Numbered from the stretch's first letter, positions 30,399-41,324 are shown. The stretch is DNA of 64,000 nucleotides from Bdellovibrionota bacterium (GCA_050950765.1 JBMNIF010000003.1:352001-416000), one strand, 5' to 3'. Notes: generated from the letters alone by a model not told the origin. Made by a program: numbers and translations.

Positions 30399-32432
30399 TT
30401 AACTGCTAAGACTATCACTTGCATCATCTATAAAAATCGGGATGCCTTGCATAATCAAATTAAACTGCTCGTGTGTAGTGGCTATCGCCGGAGCACGTCC
30501 CTGTCTGAATTTTTCCTTCCAGCTTTGCCCATAACGCTCAACTAAACGGGTTGTCCGTAACGGCACCATCCCAGCACGTCCGATATAACCACTTTCATTA
30601 CGATCTGGTGTACCCTCATCTACCTGCACCGCTGCAAAAACTACACACGCTTCCGGAACGGTAGAATCTCCTACTCGACGTGCTAGCCAACTATAATGGT
30701 AGAGAATATAACGTAAGTAACCCCATTCAGCGACCTTTGAGGCAGGCAGATCGTGAACATCAACGATCTCTGCTATCTCAGATTGTGTAAAATCTCTCGG
30801 AATTCTCTCATAATCCGGTATCGCAACACCATCGCTCTCCTCCTGCTCTGTCTTCCCTTTGTGTTGCCACTCATCCACCCGTCGAACCAACTCTTTTAAA
30901 ATAACCTTTTTGTCGATATCGATAACCTTACTAAAAATTCCGAGTACTGAGAGCACCGGCAGAAAGAACATACTGGAATCGGTAGCGATCCCCTCTCCAA
31001 AAATACTCTTATTGTTTTCAGATAACTCCTTAAAGAAAGCAGCTTCCCAACTCTCATGCAGCTCATACGTTATCCCAAAGAGTTGCACATCATCTGCTAC
31101 GAAATCTAATTCATGCGGGCACGCCAAAGTCACCTCTACCCACTGCCTCAAAGCTTGTGACTCCTTTGTAATATCAACTGAAAAACGGACTGGTCCAAAA
31201 ACACTTTTACGCAATCCGTAAACCAGTGCTTGCCTAATCATGTTTCTTTCAGCAGATCGATATTCACGTGGATATTCAGGAACAGAGTGTAAAACTGCCC
31301 GCGCTCCGAGTTGCGGGAAGTTAGTAGACCTGATCCAAGCAACACCTGCGGATTCAACTCCTAACGGTTTCGCCGCTTCAATAGCAAGTAACGCCGTTGC
31401 GACACCTTCCGCACGAATTGATATTAAGGATTGCTTCTGTTGTGGCGTTAAAACTCGATCCAACGCCTGTCGAAATTTCGCTATATAATCTTCACCTGAA
31501 AGCATTGCTTGTGACGATGAAATCTGATTTTTAGCAGATGGTGTCTTCTGTTCAGGAAGATACGTTTTAAAAGATGGTGCGCCGTTTTTACTGTATTCAC
31601 TATGCAAAGATAGCGCGCAATCTAATAGTGCTGTCGTATTATCAACTAAAGTAGAACCTTTGTAGGCAGCTGCCAGATCTCCTTCTTCTCCTGTTTTTGC
31701 AACGTACGCTGGATAATCACCGTACTCCACGATCATGGCAGCTAACGCTTTATTCGTTTCATTATCCACACCATATTTATTTAAAACTTTTAATATTTCA
31801 GATTGAGCAAGCACCTGTGGTGAGCACCGTTTTAAACAGGCCAACCCCCTCACCAACACATCCGGAGCTCCCGACTCATCCATATTATCCAGCGACGCTC
31901 GCATACCTGAATAAAAAATCCTGCCATTCCCCGTCTGCCCAAGTAGATCATCTGCTACGTACGGCTTTATCTTATTATATGCGTGTATTGCGGCGATCAT
32001 AACGATTACGATCCAGACACGGATACACCCAAAAAAGATAAAGAATATTCTCAAGATCCCTGTTAGAGTATATCCGTAGAACGATGAGAGTGCCCCCTCC
32101 TCTCCACTTCCTAACACTTGAGCTAATTGAAAAACGTGTATACTTAAAGAATTAAATAATTTCACATCAGCGATAATCTGATGTCTACTCAACCACCTAC
32201 TGGCACTTTCCTGTTGCGCTACTAAATCTTGTGCCCAACTTGCATTCAAACGTAAAGTTTCTAACTTAGCCTTTTTTAAGTTTGTTTCTGTTTTTGTTGA
32301 GCCATATATTGAAATAAGAAGAACAAGTAGAAAGATAATGGGGATAATCCACAACCATTTTAGAGACCTCTTCCTTACACTTCGACGAAGCTCTGCAAAA
32401 TCTTTTTCATGTTTATTGCCGAAGAGACCCAA
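30399..32432 (-). CDS. Hypothetical membrane-anchored protein, possible DotM/TrbA-like partner of the coupling protein
   Basis: 677 aa with N-terminal TM segments; ends 10 bp before the coupling protein start. Confidence 0.6.
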   Translation of the reverse strand: MGLFGNKHEKDFAELRRSVRKRSLKWLWIIPIIFLLVLLISIYGSTKTETNLKKAKLETLRLNASWAQDLVAQQESASRWLSRHQIIADVKLFNSLSIHVFQLAQVLGSGEEGALSSFYGYTLTGILRIFFIFFGCIRVWIVIVMIAAIHAYNKIKPYVADDLLGQTGNGRIFYSGMRASLDNMDESGAPDVLVRGLACLKRCSPQVLAQSEILKVLNKYGVDNETNKALAAMIVEYGDYPAYVAKTGEEGDLAAAYKGSTLVDNTTALLDCALSLHSEYSKNGAPSFKTYLPEQKTPSAKNQISSSQAMLSGEDYIAKFRQALDRVLTPQQKQSLISIRAEGVATALLAIEAAKPLGVESAGVAWIRSTNFPQLGARAVLHSVPEYPREYRSAERNMIRQALVYGLRKSVFGPVRFSVDITKESQALRQWVEVTLACPHELDFVADDVQLFGITYELHESWEAAFFKELSENNKSIFGEGIATDSSMFFLPVLSVLGIFSKVIDIDKKVILKELVRRVDEWQHKGKTEQEESDGVAIPDYERIPRDFTQSEIAEIVDVHDLPASKVAEWGYLRYILYHYSWLARRVGDSTVPEACVVFAAVQVDEGTPDRNESGYIGRAGMVPLRTTRLVERYGQSWKEKFRQGRAPAIATTHEQFNLIMQGIPIFIDDASDSLSS

Positions 32433-32760
32433 GATATTTTACCTTTTAAAACAGAAATTCAACTACCATACGACGCACAACACCCGTCGTTATATAAGAT
32501 GTTAATCTAACTTATAACGTTGCAACATCCCTTTACTTTTTTGTGAACAAAAATTTTCCGTATCATCATTTAGAATACTATAAAAAACCTCCGATTTTTC
32601 AAATTTCCCCTATTTTTATTAGATCCTGCTCCAACTCCTTAAATATTCTACCTTTCTCTGTTGAAACCACTGTATTATCCTTAGCATCTGATAAGAGTCG
32701 AGAATTTGCTTTCAGCAGGAGATATTCTTCTGCAAAAAAACTTTAAAGGAGATTAAACAG

Positions 32761-34221
32761 ATGAGTACCATGCCGGAAATTATTGATGGTTTTCCAAATA
32801 TATCAGGTCATGAAAAAGAGTTATTTGAAGCCACGACAGCCAAAGTCAAAGACCCGATCTATCTCCACGACACTCCGATCGATTTTAATAATATCAAAAG
32901 CTGCGTTGCTGCCGCTTTACATATGCATCAGCCACTGATTCCAGCAGGGGGAGATAACCTTCAAACTGCAGAAATTATCAGCAATTTGCAACATATGTTT
33001 GAACACTCCGCCGAAGGAGATAACTATAACGCAGGTGTTTTTAAAGATTGTTATCAACGTCTCGGCAGAATGATCCCCGAACTGGTTAATGAAGGGAAAG
33101 AACCCCGCATTATGGTTGAATACTCAGGGGCTCTTCTTTACGGACTCCGTAAAATGGGAGCAGATGATGTTTTTGATCTACTTATACCACTTACACAAGA
33201 TCCTCGTTATCGTCGTGCTGTAGAATGGTTAGGATCTCCTTGGGGTCACGCTGTGGCACCATCAACGCCGGTACAAGATTACAGACTTCACGTTAAAGCT
33301 TGGCAACACAACTTTGCTGCTATCTTCGGCTGGGATGCTCTTTCCAGAGTTAGAGGTTTTTCTCCTTCAGAGATGGCGCTGCCTAATCATCCTGATGTTG
33401 CTTACGAATTTGTAAAAACTTTGGTTGAGTGCGGTTATCGCTGGGTATTAGTGCAAGAACACACCGTTGAAACACCAGAAGGGCACGGTGTTCAACAAAA
33501 ACATATTCCGCACCGTTTAGTTTGCCGCAATTCTAAAGGCGAGGTGGCTGAAATTATCGCGTTAATTAAAACTCAAGGGAGCGACACAAAGCTTGTCGCG
33601 CAGATGCAGCCATACTATGAAGCTAAAGGGTTGGATCGCATTACCTTAGCAGGTAAATCGATCCCTCAAATTGTCACGCAGATCGCTGATGGTGAAAACG
33701 GCGGTGTGATGATGAATGAGTTCCCGCCAAAATATATGGAGGTCATGCGAGAAGCTTCCGCTACAAATACGGCACCGATAAACGGCACCGAATACCTTGA
33801 GTTGCTGGAAGCTGCTGGTGTACAACAATCCGACCTGCCTGTTATTCAACCTATCAAGCAAGCTTTAATTTGGGAAAGAATGGAGTCTGCAACAGGCCCT
33901 GAAAAGTTGGCAGCCGTTATTAAAGACCTCTCTGCCGAACGTCACGATTTTAATGTTGAGGGTGGAAGTTGGACGAATAATATCTCATGGGTTCGCGGTT
34001 ATGAAAACGTCTTAGGACCTATGGAAAAAGCGAGCTCTCTCTTTAATGAAAAAGTTTTAAAAGCTGGGGTCTCTCCCGATGATCCGAGATTTAGAAAAGC
34101 TTTATTCTTCCTTATGTCATCTCAAACCAGTTGCTATCGTTACTGGGGACAAGGGATCTGGACAGATTACGGTAAAGAGATCTCAAGACGTGCCATAGCA
34201 GTTTTAGAAAATGATTTTTAA
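32761..34221 (+). CDS. Glycoside hydrolase family 57
   Basis: LHMHQP, GFSPSEM, DGENGG, TSCYRYWG; AGGAG RBS. Confidence 0.88.
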   Translation: MSTMPEIIDGFPNISGHEKELFEATTAKVKDPIYLHDTPIDFNNIKSCVAAALHMHQPLIPAGGDNLQTAEIISNLQHMFEHSAEGDNYNAGVFKDCYQRLGRMIPELVNEGKEPRIMVEYSGALLYGLRKMGADDVFDLLIPLTQDPRYRRAVEWLGSPWGHAVAPSTPVQDYRLHVKAWQHNFAAIFGWDALSRVRGFSPSEMALPNHPDVAYEFVKTLVECGYRWVLVQEHTVETPEGHGVQQKHIPHRLVCRNSKGEVAEIIALIKTQGSDTKLVAQMQPYYEAKGLDRITLAGKSIPQIVTQIADGENGGVMMNEFPPKYMEVMREASATNTAPINGTEYLELLEAAGVQQSDLPVIQPIKQALIWERMESATGPEKLAAVIKDLSAERHDFNVEGGSWTNNISWVRGYENVLGPMEKASSLFNEKVLKAGVSPDDPRFRKALFFLMSSQTSCYRYWGQGIWTDYGKEISRRAIAVLENDF

Positions 34222-34231
34222 GATAATTTAT

Positions 34232-34273
34232 TTTTAGATCTGGCAGCGCCTTCATGCTCTGTCAGATCTAAAA
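34232..34273. terminator. Intergenic hairpin
   Basis: TTTTAGATCTGGCAG...CTGTCAGATCTAAAA. Confidence 0.5.
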
Positions 34274-34282
34274 CACGCGCGC

Positions 34283-35851
34283 TTGCAGCGCGTCGTCACC
34301 TACAAAAAAATGACTCCTGATGCCACTTACATAAGTTTACCGTCTCCTGAAAGAAGTCCTGATAGACTTTTTGTTATCGCCTCTTTATTGGGTTTAAAGC
34401 CAACACCACTATCAGATGCTAAAGTTTTAGATATCGGGTCTGGACAAGGGTGGGATCTTATCGCTTTGGCTTGCGCCTATCCGAAAACAAGTTTTTTAGG
34501 GATAGACCGCTCTGCTACTGCTATTGCAGCCGGAAAAGAAGCTATCGCTAAACTAGATCTAAACAATATCGATCTGACCTGTCTTGATTTGCAACAATTT
34601 AACACCGCACAAAAATTTGACTATATTATCTGTCACGGTGTTTATTCATGGGTGCCTGAAGATACCGCTCTGCAGATCTTCAAGATCTGTCAAGATAAAT
34701 TATCAGATAACGGTTTGGCTTACATTAGCTACAACGCTCTCCCTGCTTGGACAACACGTGGTATTTTAAGAGAAGCGTTACGACGTTTCGTAAAAAGTGG
34801 ATCGCAGGAAGCTAAAATTGCGAAAGCCCGTTCAATTATCGAAACATTTAGCGCCACATTACAGGACTATCAATCGCCTTATGCTATGAGTCTTAAACTG
34901 GAGCTGGAGCAAGCAAAAAAAGCTTCGGATGGTTTTATTATTCAAGAGCTACTCTCTGATTATGCTTACGCTGAATATCTGGACACCTTTATAGCAAAAG
35001 CACAGCAACACCACCTCCACTACTTAGCAGAGGCGAAGTTTGAACGTATGATTTCAGAAAGGCTGGATGAATTAGCAGAAACGCCTGAATTGTGTAGAGT
35101 AGTTAGATCTCTCGATTCTTTCGTTGCCAAAGAGCAGGTTCTTGAGTTTGTCTTTCCAACTTGGTTACGGCAATCGATACTATGCAAAGAATCTGTTCCT
35201 GATAGACCAAACACACTCTCACTTTCAACGGAAGCACTTGCAGATCTTTATATCGCCTCTCCATTAGTTCCAACCCTTCCTTCAGATCCAGAAGGGGGCG
35301 ATGATATTTTTATGAACCCGAGCGGCTCTTATATTAAAATTTCCAATGAACACTTATGCCAAACGCTTAATAAGTTACACAACACTTGGCCAGATTGGAT
35401 CCCTGTAAAAAGTTTATATGAGATGCTTTCATTTCACTCCTCTTATACATTAAATAATTTTGCTGGAGATCTCGGGCTACTTTTTCGCAAAGGGCTGATT
35501 GAACTGCACGGTGTAGCAGCACCTTTTACTAATGATGCCACAGAGAAACCTTTAATCTCACCTCTAGCACGTTTACAGGTACAGCAGCAGCATTGGCTTA
35601 CAAACTTAAAACAGGAATACACACTCTTTACAGATTTTGAAAAACACCTAATTCCATTACTCGATGGAACTCGCACAAAAGAAGAGTTAAAAACAGAGCT
35701 CAAAGATCTATTAAGCTCTGAAGAATTAACTTTAAAAGAGGAGTTCAGATCAGAAGCTGCCAACTTAGATCTTGATACCCTACTTTCTCAAGCTATCGAT
35801 GAAGCTTTGAAACACTTTGCAGAAAGTGCGCTATTCCCCAAAATTGCTTAG
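34283..35851 (+). CDS. Class I SAM methyltransferase with methyltransferase regulatory domain
   Basis: VLDIGSGQG, FDYIICHGVYSWVP, YISYNALPAW, C-terminal LLDGTRT; alternative ATG at 34310. Confidence 0.88.
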   Translation: MQRVVTYKKMTPDATYISLPSPERSPDRLFVIASLLGLKPTPLSDAKVLDIGSGQGWDLIALACAYPKTSFLGIDRSATAIAAGKEAIAKLDLNNIDLTCLDLQQFNTAQKFDYIICHGVYSWVPEDTALQIFKICQDKLSDNGLAYISYNALPAWTTRGILREALRRFVKSGSQEAKIAKARSIIETFSATLQDYQSPYAMSLKLELEQAKKASDGFIIQELLSDYAYAEYLDTFIAKAQQHHLHYLAEAKFERMISERLDELAETPELCRVVRSLDSFVAKEQVLEFVFPTWLRQSILCKESVPDRPNTLSLSTEALADLYIASPLVPTLPSDPEGGDDIFMNPSGSYIKISNEHLCQTLNKLHNTWPDWIPVKSLYEMLSFHSSYTLNNFAGDLGLLFRKGLIELHGVAAPFTNDATEKPLISPLARLQVQQQHWLTNLKQEYTLFTDFEKHLIPLLDGTRTKEELKTELKDLLSSEELTLKEEFRSEAANLDLDTLLSQAIDEALKHFAESALFPKIA

Positions 35852-35860
35852 TGCTTAAGG

Positions 35861-36601
35861 TTAACGCATCTTGTAGATAAATAAGGCATCCTGCCGTCCT
35901 TTCCCTAGCTCTCTTACAGCACTTGCTTTAGCAGGTGCTTCAAATGAATTTGATAATAGGAGGGTGCCCTTTGCCATCTCATCTTTAGCTTTTTTCCAGA
36001 TAGCAGGCATAAACGGCGGAGCAAGAAAGGTATACACAACATCGTAACTTCCTAAATCAATCTTCCACAAACTACGAAAGTGCACCGTAACATTTCGATA
36101 AGAAAGAGAGGTTAATTTAGCGAAGATAAAAACTATCGGATTTATCTCCACCCCGACAAAAGAGCTCTCAGGTCTGTGCCTAGCTAAAAATCGCAACAAC
36201 GCTGCGCTGCCACAACCTGCATCCAAAAAAGAGATGGTCGTATTTCTCGGAAGCGCTTCCAAAACTGCATCATAGACAGGACGAGCGCTCGGATAAAAAG
36301 GAACTTTTGTAAAAAAGGTCGGAGTATAAATTAAAAGTAAGAGACAAACACCTACCCAAACTAGAGACGGCAGATCTAACTGCAGTGAAAGGATTACGCC
36401 AAAAGGTAGCGCCGCATTTACAAGTTGCCAAGCTAACGAAACTCCTAAGCAACGTGCCAGTAAAGCAGCTACAACACCGTGCAATACTATATGCGCGACA
36501 GAAGCACCGTATAATTCCTGAACGATAAAGCCGCACATAAAACCGATCAGTTGTGCTATTATAGAGATGAGTAGTGAGATATGTGGAGATTTACGGATCA
36601 T
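35861..36601 (-). CDS. Membrane-anchored class I SAM methyltransferase
   Basis: TM helices then VPFYPS, FLDAGCG, GVEINP, YDVVYTFLAP, LSNSF. Confidence 0.85.
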   Translation of the reverse strand: MIRKSPHISLLISIIAQLIGFMCGFIVQELYGASVAHIVLHGVVAALLARCLGVSLAWQLVNAALPFGVILSLQLDLPSLVWVGVCLLLLIYTPTFFTKVPFYPSARPVYDAVLEALPRNTTISFLDAGCGSAALLRFLARHRPESSFVGVEINPIVFIFAKLTSLSYRNVTVHFRSLWKIDLGSYDVVYTFLAPPFMPAIWKKAKDEMAKGTLLLSNSFEAPAKASAVRELGKGRQDALFIYKMR

Positions 36602-37656
36602 TATTTTTGTAAGGCCTCAGATATTGATGAATTGAATTCACTCCTCACCCCTTTTTCATAGTAACGATCTAGTTCCGTACTTTTTTCTTTAATGCCGACC
36701 GCTAAAGCAGATTCTGGAACGACAATCATAACTTGCACAAAGAGATCTTCCCGCTCTGATCCTTTCTTAATCCCCTTATTTTTTAACCTAATCCGTGTAC
36801 CACTATTAGTATTGGGAGGGATCTTTAATTCTGCTTCACCGTTAAGAGTTGGTACCTTTAAAGTAACTCCGGCGATCGCTTCTGATATAGTTAGTGGTAC
36901 ATTCATAACTAAACCATCTTCTTCAAGACTTAAGTAAGGATGGCGTTCGATACTTTTTATAATACACAACGCTTCATTATTTTTATGAGGACCGTATTTT
37001 ATGCGCAGCACGGAAGCTGCTCTAGTTCCAGCAGGGATTACGATATTCCCGACACACTTTGAAACTTCATCAGGGATTGTGATAGCGCGTTTAGCGCCAT
37101 AAATCGCCTCGCGTAAAGAGATCTTTAACTCAAGAACAGAAAGCTCCTTTATAACTCTTTTTTGTTGCGTTTTATCTCTTATATTTTTCTCTCTGTTACT
37201 ATCTTTAGTGGTGAAAGCTCGCTTAAACCAAGCGCTGATCTTAGTAAAAGGGAACTCTTGCAGCACTAGCTCGGCAGGCTCCTTTTCAATTTTTCTCTCT
37301 TGCTGATAGGCGTGAGTTTTTTTAGGAGGCACCTCTTTTTGATCTGATCTCCGATCCGAAGGAGCTCTCCAACTCTGCTTTGTATCCATATTTTTTTTAA
37401 AAGAGGTGTACGCTTTAAACCTTGCATCCACCTGTTGATACTGAGCAAAAGAGAACTCGACATCGTATTTTGCCCGTTTTTGTGGGTTTCTTAATGTATT
37501 ATACGCCTCTGTGATATCTTTAAAGATTATAGCTGCTTTTTCATCGGAATTAATATCAGGATGATACCGTCGTGCCAAACTCCTATAAGCGCGCCGAATC
37601 TTATCAAGATCGGCTGATGGAGTAAGTCCTAATATTTTATAATAATTTTTTTTCAT
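36601..37656 (-). CDS. DnaJ-class chaperone (CbpA-like, no zinc finger)
   Basis: NYYKILG, RRYHPD J-domain; C-terminal DnaJ_C motif EAIAG...VPTLNG. Confidence 0.9.
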   Translation of the reverse strand: MKKNYYKILGLTPSADLDKIRRAYRSLARRYHPDINSDEKAAIIFKDITEAYNTLRNPQKRAKYDVEFSFAQYQQVDARFKAYTSFKKNMDTKQSWRAPSDRRSDQKEVPPKKTHAYQQERKIEKEPAELVLQEFPFTKISAWFKRAFTTKDSNREKNIRDKTQQKRVIKELSVLELKISLREAIYGAKRAITIPDEVSKCVGNIVIPAGTRAASVLRIKYGPHKNNEALCIIKSIERHPYLSLEEDGLVMNVPLTISEAIAGVTLKVPTLNGEAELKIPPNTNSGTRIRLKNKGIKKGSEREDLFVQVMIVVPESALAVGIKEKSTELDRYYEKGVRSEFNSSISEALQK

Positions 37657-37921
37657 CGGTATTAGAGGCCACTTCAAAATTCAATCTAAACAACACGTTT
37701 CATTAGATGCAAAAAGGAGCAGCTAAGAAACACCCTTTTAAATATAATAATATCAATAAGATAATTGTCGAGATGAGCCTCAAATTCTTGTTTTTTCAAT
37801 AAATTAGCGGTATAAAGGGAGAATATTGAAATTTTCTATTTTACCTGTGTTATATTTATAGCCTTAGAGATCCGTCTTTCGGATGTGGATGTGGTGTAAG
37901 GATATTTTTTAGAGGTCTTGC

Positions 37922-38578
37922 GTGACGTACCCTGCCGACAATAATCAATCTGCAACGATTCAACACCGTTTTGCAGTGCAACTTATAGAAGGTGTCGGTA
38001 TTTTAGATGAAGAGACAGCGGAAACTCTTGTTAAGGCTTTTGCAAAGGTTCCGAGAAGCAGCTTCATACCGAAAGCTTTCAACGCTTACGCTACGGAAGA
38101 CGTTACACTCCCTATCGGATATGGACAAACGATCACAAAACCTTCCTTAGTTGCAAGGATGCTTGGAGTGATCGGTTTGCGCAAAGGGATGCGTGTTTTA
38201 GAGATCGGTTGCGGATCTGGATATTGCAGCGCTGTAATGGCAGCAGCTGGTGCACAAGTTTTCGCTGTTGAGAACATCGGCTTATTAGCGCAACGCACTC
38301 GCAGGCTACTTGATAAATTAAACTTTCAAAACATTTTAATCCGCCGTTGTGACGGGCGTTACGGCTGGCAGGAACATGCGCCTTATGATGCAATTGTCGT
38401 TTCCACTGTTTTTGAAACGATAGAGCCTGAGTTAATTTCACAACTCAATAATCAGGGTGGAAAAATGATTGCACCAATAGGTAATAAAGACGGTCAGATC
38501 CTCACCTTATGGGAGGTGAAAGGAGAAGAAGTAAAACATTATCACCTTGAACCGTGTGACTTTAGCGATGGACAATAA
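37922..38578 (+). CDS. pcm: Protein-L-isoaspartate O-methyltransferase
   Basis: LPIGYGQTITKP, VLEIGCGSGY, DGRYGWQEHAPYDAI. Confidence 0.92.
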   Translation: MTYPADNNQSATIQHRFAVQLIEGVGILDEETAETLVKAFAKVPRSSFIPKAFNAYATEDVTLPIGYGQTITKPSLVARMLGVIGLRKGMRVLEIGCGSGYCSAVMAAAGAQVFAVENIGLLAQRTRRLLDKLNFQNILIRRCDGRYGWQEHAPYDAIVVSTVFETIEPELISQLNNQGGKMIAPIGNKDGQILTLWEVKGEEVKHYHLEPCDFSDGQ

Positions 38579-39323
38579 CCGTTTTGATGATATGCGCAAA
38601 ATCTTAAGCTTCAATAAGATCATTGTAGTGGCAGTTGTACTTTTGGTGAGCTTGTCCCTGATTCGTTGCAGTTCAAAACGTGAAATCTTCTACACAGTTC
38701 AACGTGGAGATACGTTATCTGCTATCGCTGGTTGGTATGGTGTTGAGGTTAAAGATCTGCAATTACAAAACGGCATAAGGGATCCACGCAACTTGCAAGT
38801 CGGAACTACTTTGAAAATAGTTGTAAATCAGGGGAAAAGAACACCTACACCAAATGCTATCTATCTAAGCAGCAGTGACAGAAGGGGAAATCGCATCATT
38901 CGAAACGTAAAGTTGGGAAGTGCTAAACGTTACATCGGGAACTTAATACCACCACTTGCTAACAAAGGGAGGATAACTTCCAGATTCGGTTATCGCGCTT
39001 CAGGTATTCATAAAGGCATAGATTTTTCAGCAAAGGTAGGCACTCCTATTTACGCAGCGCACGCCGGTAAGGTTGTAATCAGTGGCGTTCCTTTTAGCGG
39101 TTACGGCAAGATGGTCGCCATTGCAGGAGACGGTCTATTAACTTTATATGCACACAACAACCGTAATTTTGTACGAGCAGGGCAATACGTTCAGCAAGGT
39201 TACAAAATTGCAGAGGTCGGATCGACGGGTAAAGCCACAGGTCCGCACCTTCATTTTGAAGTGCGCATACCAACCGAGACAGGTTATAACATTGTAGTGG
39301 ATCCTGAAATTTTTTATCGTTGA
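38568..39323 (+). CDS. LysM plus M23 peptidase protein (NlpD-like)
   Basis: YTVQRGDTLSAIA LysM; HKGID, YAH, TGPHLHFEVR; pcm-nlpD synteny. Confidence 0.9.
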   Translation: MDNNRFDDMRKILSFNKIIVVAVVLLVSLSLIRCSSKREIFYTVQRGDTLSAIAGWYGVEVKDLQLQNGIRDPRNLQVGTTLKIVVNQGKRTPTPNAIYLSSSDRRGNRIIRNVKLGSAKRYIGNLIPPLANKGRITSRFGYRASGIHKGIDFSAKVGTPIYAAHAGKVVISGVPFSGYGKMVAIAGDGLLTLYAHNNRNFVRAGQYVQQGYKIAEVGSTGKATGPHLHFEVRIPTETGYNIVVDPEIFYR

Positions 39324-39376
39324 TCTTAGTTTGAGATATAGCGATCAAGTCTGCGACTTTAAGTGGTGGTTATTTT

Positions 39377-40372
39377 TTAACGTCCGATTAACCAATTCCA
39401 ATTGTGCCCACTACGAATAATATTTTTTGCAGACTCAATCATAGCTTCGCACTCTCTTTTTTCAAAAAAGCCGAGCGTTTCCCAAACTGCGCTACTGGCT
39501 TCATCCACCCGTTGTTTTCTAATAGCTTCGCAGATTGTAAAGGCAGCTTGCCACCTACGCTCTTCAATATTTTTATTACTATCTTCATTTAAGAATTTAT
39601 TTCCAGAGACACAGAATTCAGCCATACCGAAGGCAGCATCTTTACCGCAGCCACAAGCGGAGAGCAGCATGGCGCTAACTTGTAGCGGTTCACAACCATA
39701 GATCTTTAATCCAACACTACTAATCTCTCCGCCGTAAGTGAGTTGATCGACAGCTTCTTTAGCCTGTTCTAACGTTCCCGTTGCAATTAAAACCACTAAC
39801 CCACTTCTTCCGGAAAATCCCGCCAACATCCCCTTTCCTGAACCGAATTCAGGCTCAACTGATCCGACCATATGCCCGATTCGCGCTCGTAGCAGAGCGT
39901 CATCCAGCATCGGTCTCCAGATCCTTTCGGAGTCTTTCATCGATAACTTCCGACAGATCGAATGGATAACAGCACAAGTTGCTACAACATCTGCTGAAAG
40001 GCTTTGTAAAGCCGTTTGCGTGTTTGATACCTTTTTACCACATCCTAAAATGGGATCCTGTGCCGCTGCGAAGAGTAGATTATTTAATCCCAATACGAAT
40101 CCGGCATTTATTTTTTTTTGTCCACTTCCTCCGAAAACAAAATTAGAAAGTCTCCAGATGAACCATGGAACTGGAGCGAAATTTTTGACTATATTCTTAG
40201 CGACTGACCACGTTTGAACTCTTTCTGCAGAACGGTCGAGATCGATACGTGTAGAAAACTCTTCCGAGACCTCATCTAAGCCGCGCTCAATATTAAGAGA
40301 TAATTCGTCTCTATTAGATAATGTCGAGGTGTTTTCTTCCTCTATGTTCTTATTTGATTCTCCGTTCCCCAT
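39377..40372 (-). CDS. Hypothetical protein, degenerate HDOD-like domain
   Basis: GMLAGFSGRSGLVVL and IYGCEPLQVSAMLL echo the HDOD motifs AGLLHDIGxxxL and FGxxHxxVGAxL. Confidence 0.55.
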   Translation of the reverse strand: MGNGESNKNIEEENTSTLSNRDELSLNIERGLDEVSEEFSTRIDLDRSAERVQTWSVAKNIVKNFAPVPWFIWRLSNFVFGGSGQKKINAGFVLGLNNLLFAAAQDPILGCGKKVSNTQTALQSLSADVVATCAVIHSICRKLSMKDSERIWRPMLDDALLRARIGHMVGSVEPEFGSGKGMLAGFSGRSGLVVLIATGTLEQAKEAVDQLTYGGEISSVGLKIYGCEPLQVSAMLLSACGCGKDAAFGMAEFCVSGNKFLNEDSNKNIEERRWQAAFTICEAIRKQRVDEASSAVWETLGFFEKRECEAMIESAKNIIRSGHNWNWLIGR

Positions 40373-40823
40373 TAGCCATTATCAAACATAAATTGGTTTT
40401 TTTTCTCTGCAAGTAACTCTTACTGTCGACAGATCTTACTATTATTATTAGCTTTAAATATTTTCACCGTTACCTTCACCACTATTTTTTTAATATCTTC
40501 GCCGTTATCCTTTGTAAAAAATAATTTGTAAAAAAACCTCATTGATTTGAATCCCCTACCTCTTAAGATCTATCTAATCAAATGATTTTTATTGACGACT
40601 TAATAAGCGTTAGGATAACAACTTGGATTTATTGCACATTTTTCGCTTTAATCCGAACCTCTTTAATTATTTAAAGGGTAAGTTATCTTATTAAAAAAAG
40701 CTCACTTAAACACTAAGTGCTTGCCAGTACTGGAAAAATAATATAAGTATAGGCGAAGGCTGGAGTTTTTGTGTTGTACAAGTCTTATTGATTCGGCTGA
40801 AATTAATTCAATTGGGGATTAAT

Positions 40824-41150
40824 ATGGGTAACTCAAAATACTGTTTAACTAAAGCTGATCTTGCAGATGCTATTTATGCGACGCTTCCGGTTGATAAGCA
40901 GAAAGCTGCGCAAATCGTTGAGACGTATATTCAGATTATAAAAGATGCTCTTGTAAAAGAGAATAAGGTTATGCTCTCTGGATTCGGTTCTTATGAAGTT
41001 AAATTCAAACCACCGCGACGTGGCAGAAACCCTCAGACGGGAGAATCCATAATTTTACGTGCTCGTAAAGTTGTCAAATTTAAACCGAGCCAACTTCTTC
41101 GTAAAGCTATAAACGGTCAAGACGTTTCAAACGAAGAAGAGAAAGATTAG
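40824..41150 (+). CDS. ihfA: Integration host factor alpha / HU family DNA-binding protein
   Basis: LTKADLA, VMLSGFGSY, RRGRNPQTGE, ARKVVKFKPSQLL. Confidence 0.85.
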   Translation: MGNSKYCLTKADLADAIYATLPVDKQKAAQIVETYIQIIKDALVKENKVMLSGFGSYEVKFKPPRRGRNPQTGESIILRARKVVKFKPSQLLRKAINGQDVSNEEEKD

Positions 41151-41253
41151 CTTCCCTTCCCATATTTGATTGAATTATCAAATAATACAAACTGCTTACG
41201 TTTGAAACGTGGCGTGCTTTGTTAGTTATTTTTGATATTTTTAATAAAATAGA

Positions 41254-41290
41254 GCGGGCATTCTTTTTTTGAGGATGCCCGTTAATATTT
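41254..41290 (+). terminator. Probable terminator after ihfA
   Basis: GCGGGCATTCTT...GAGGATGCCCGT stem followed by AT-rich sequence. Confidence 0.55.
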
Positions 41291-41324
41291 CTAGGTTCCC
41301 TTTCCTACTATATAACCCATTGAA

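Noticed and set aside
28118..32432. Conjugative element or ICE
   Set aside because: No relaxase, integrase, att repeats or mating-pair genes nearby.
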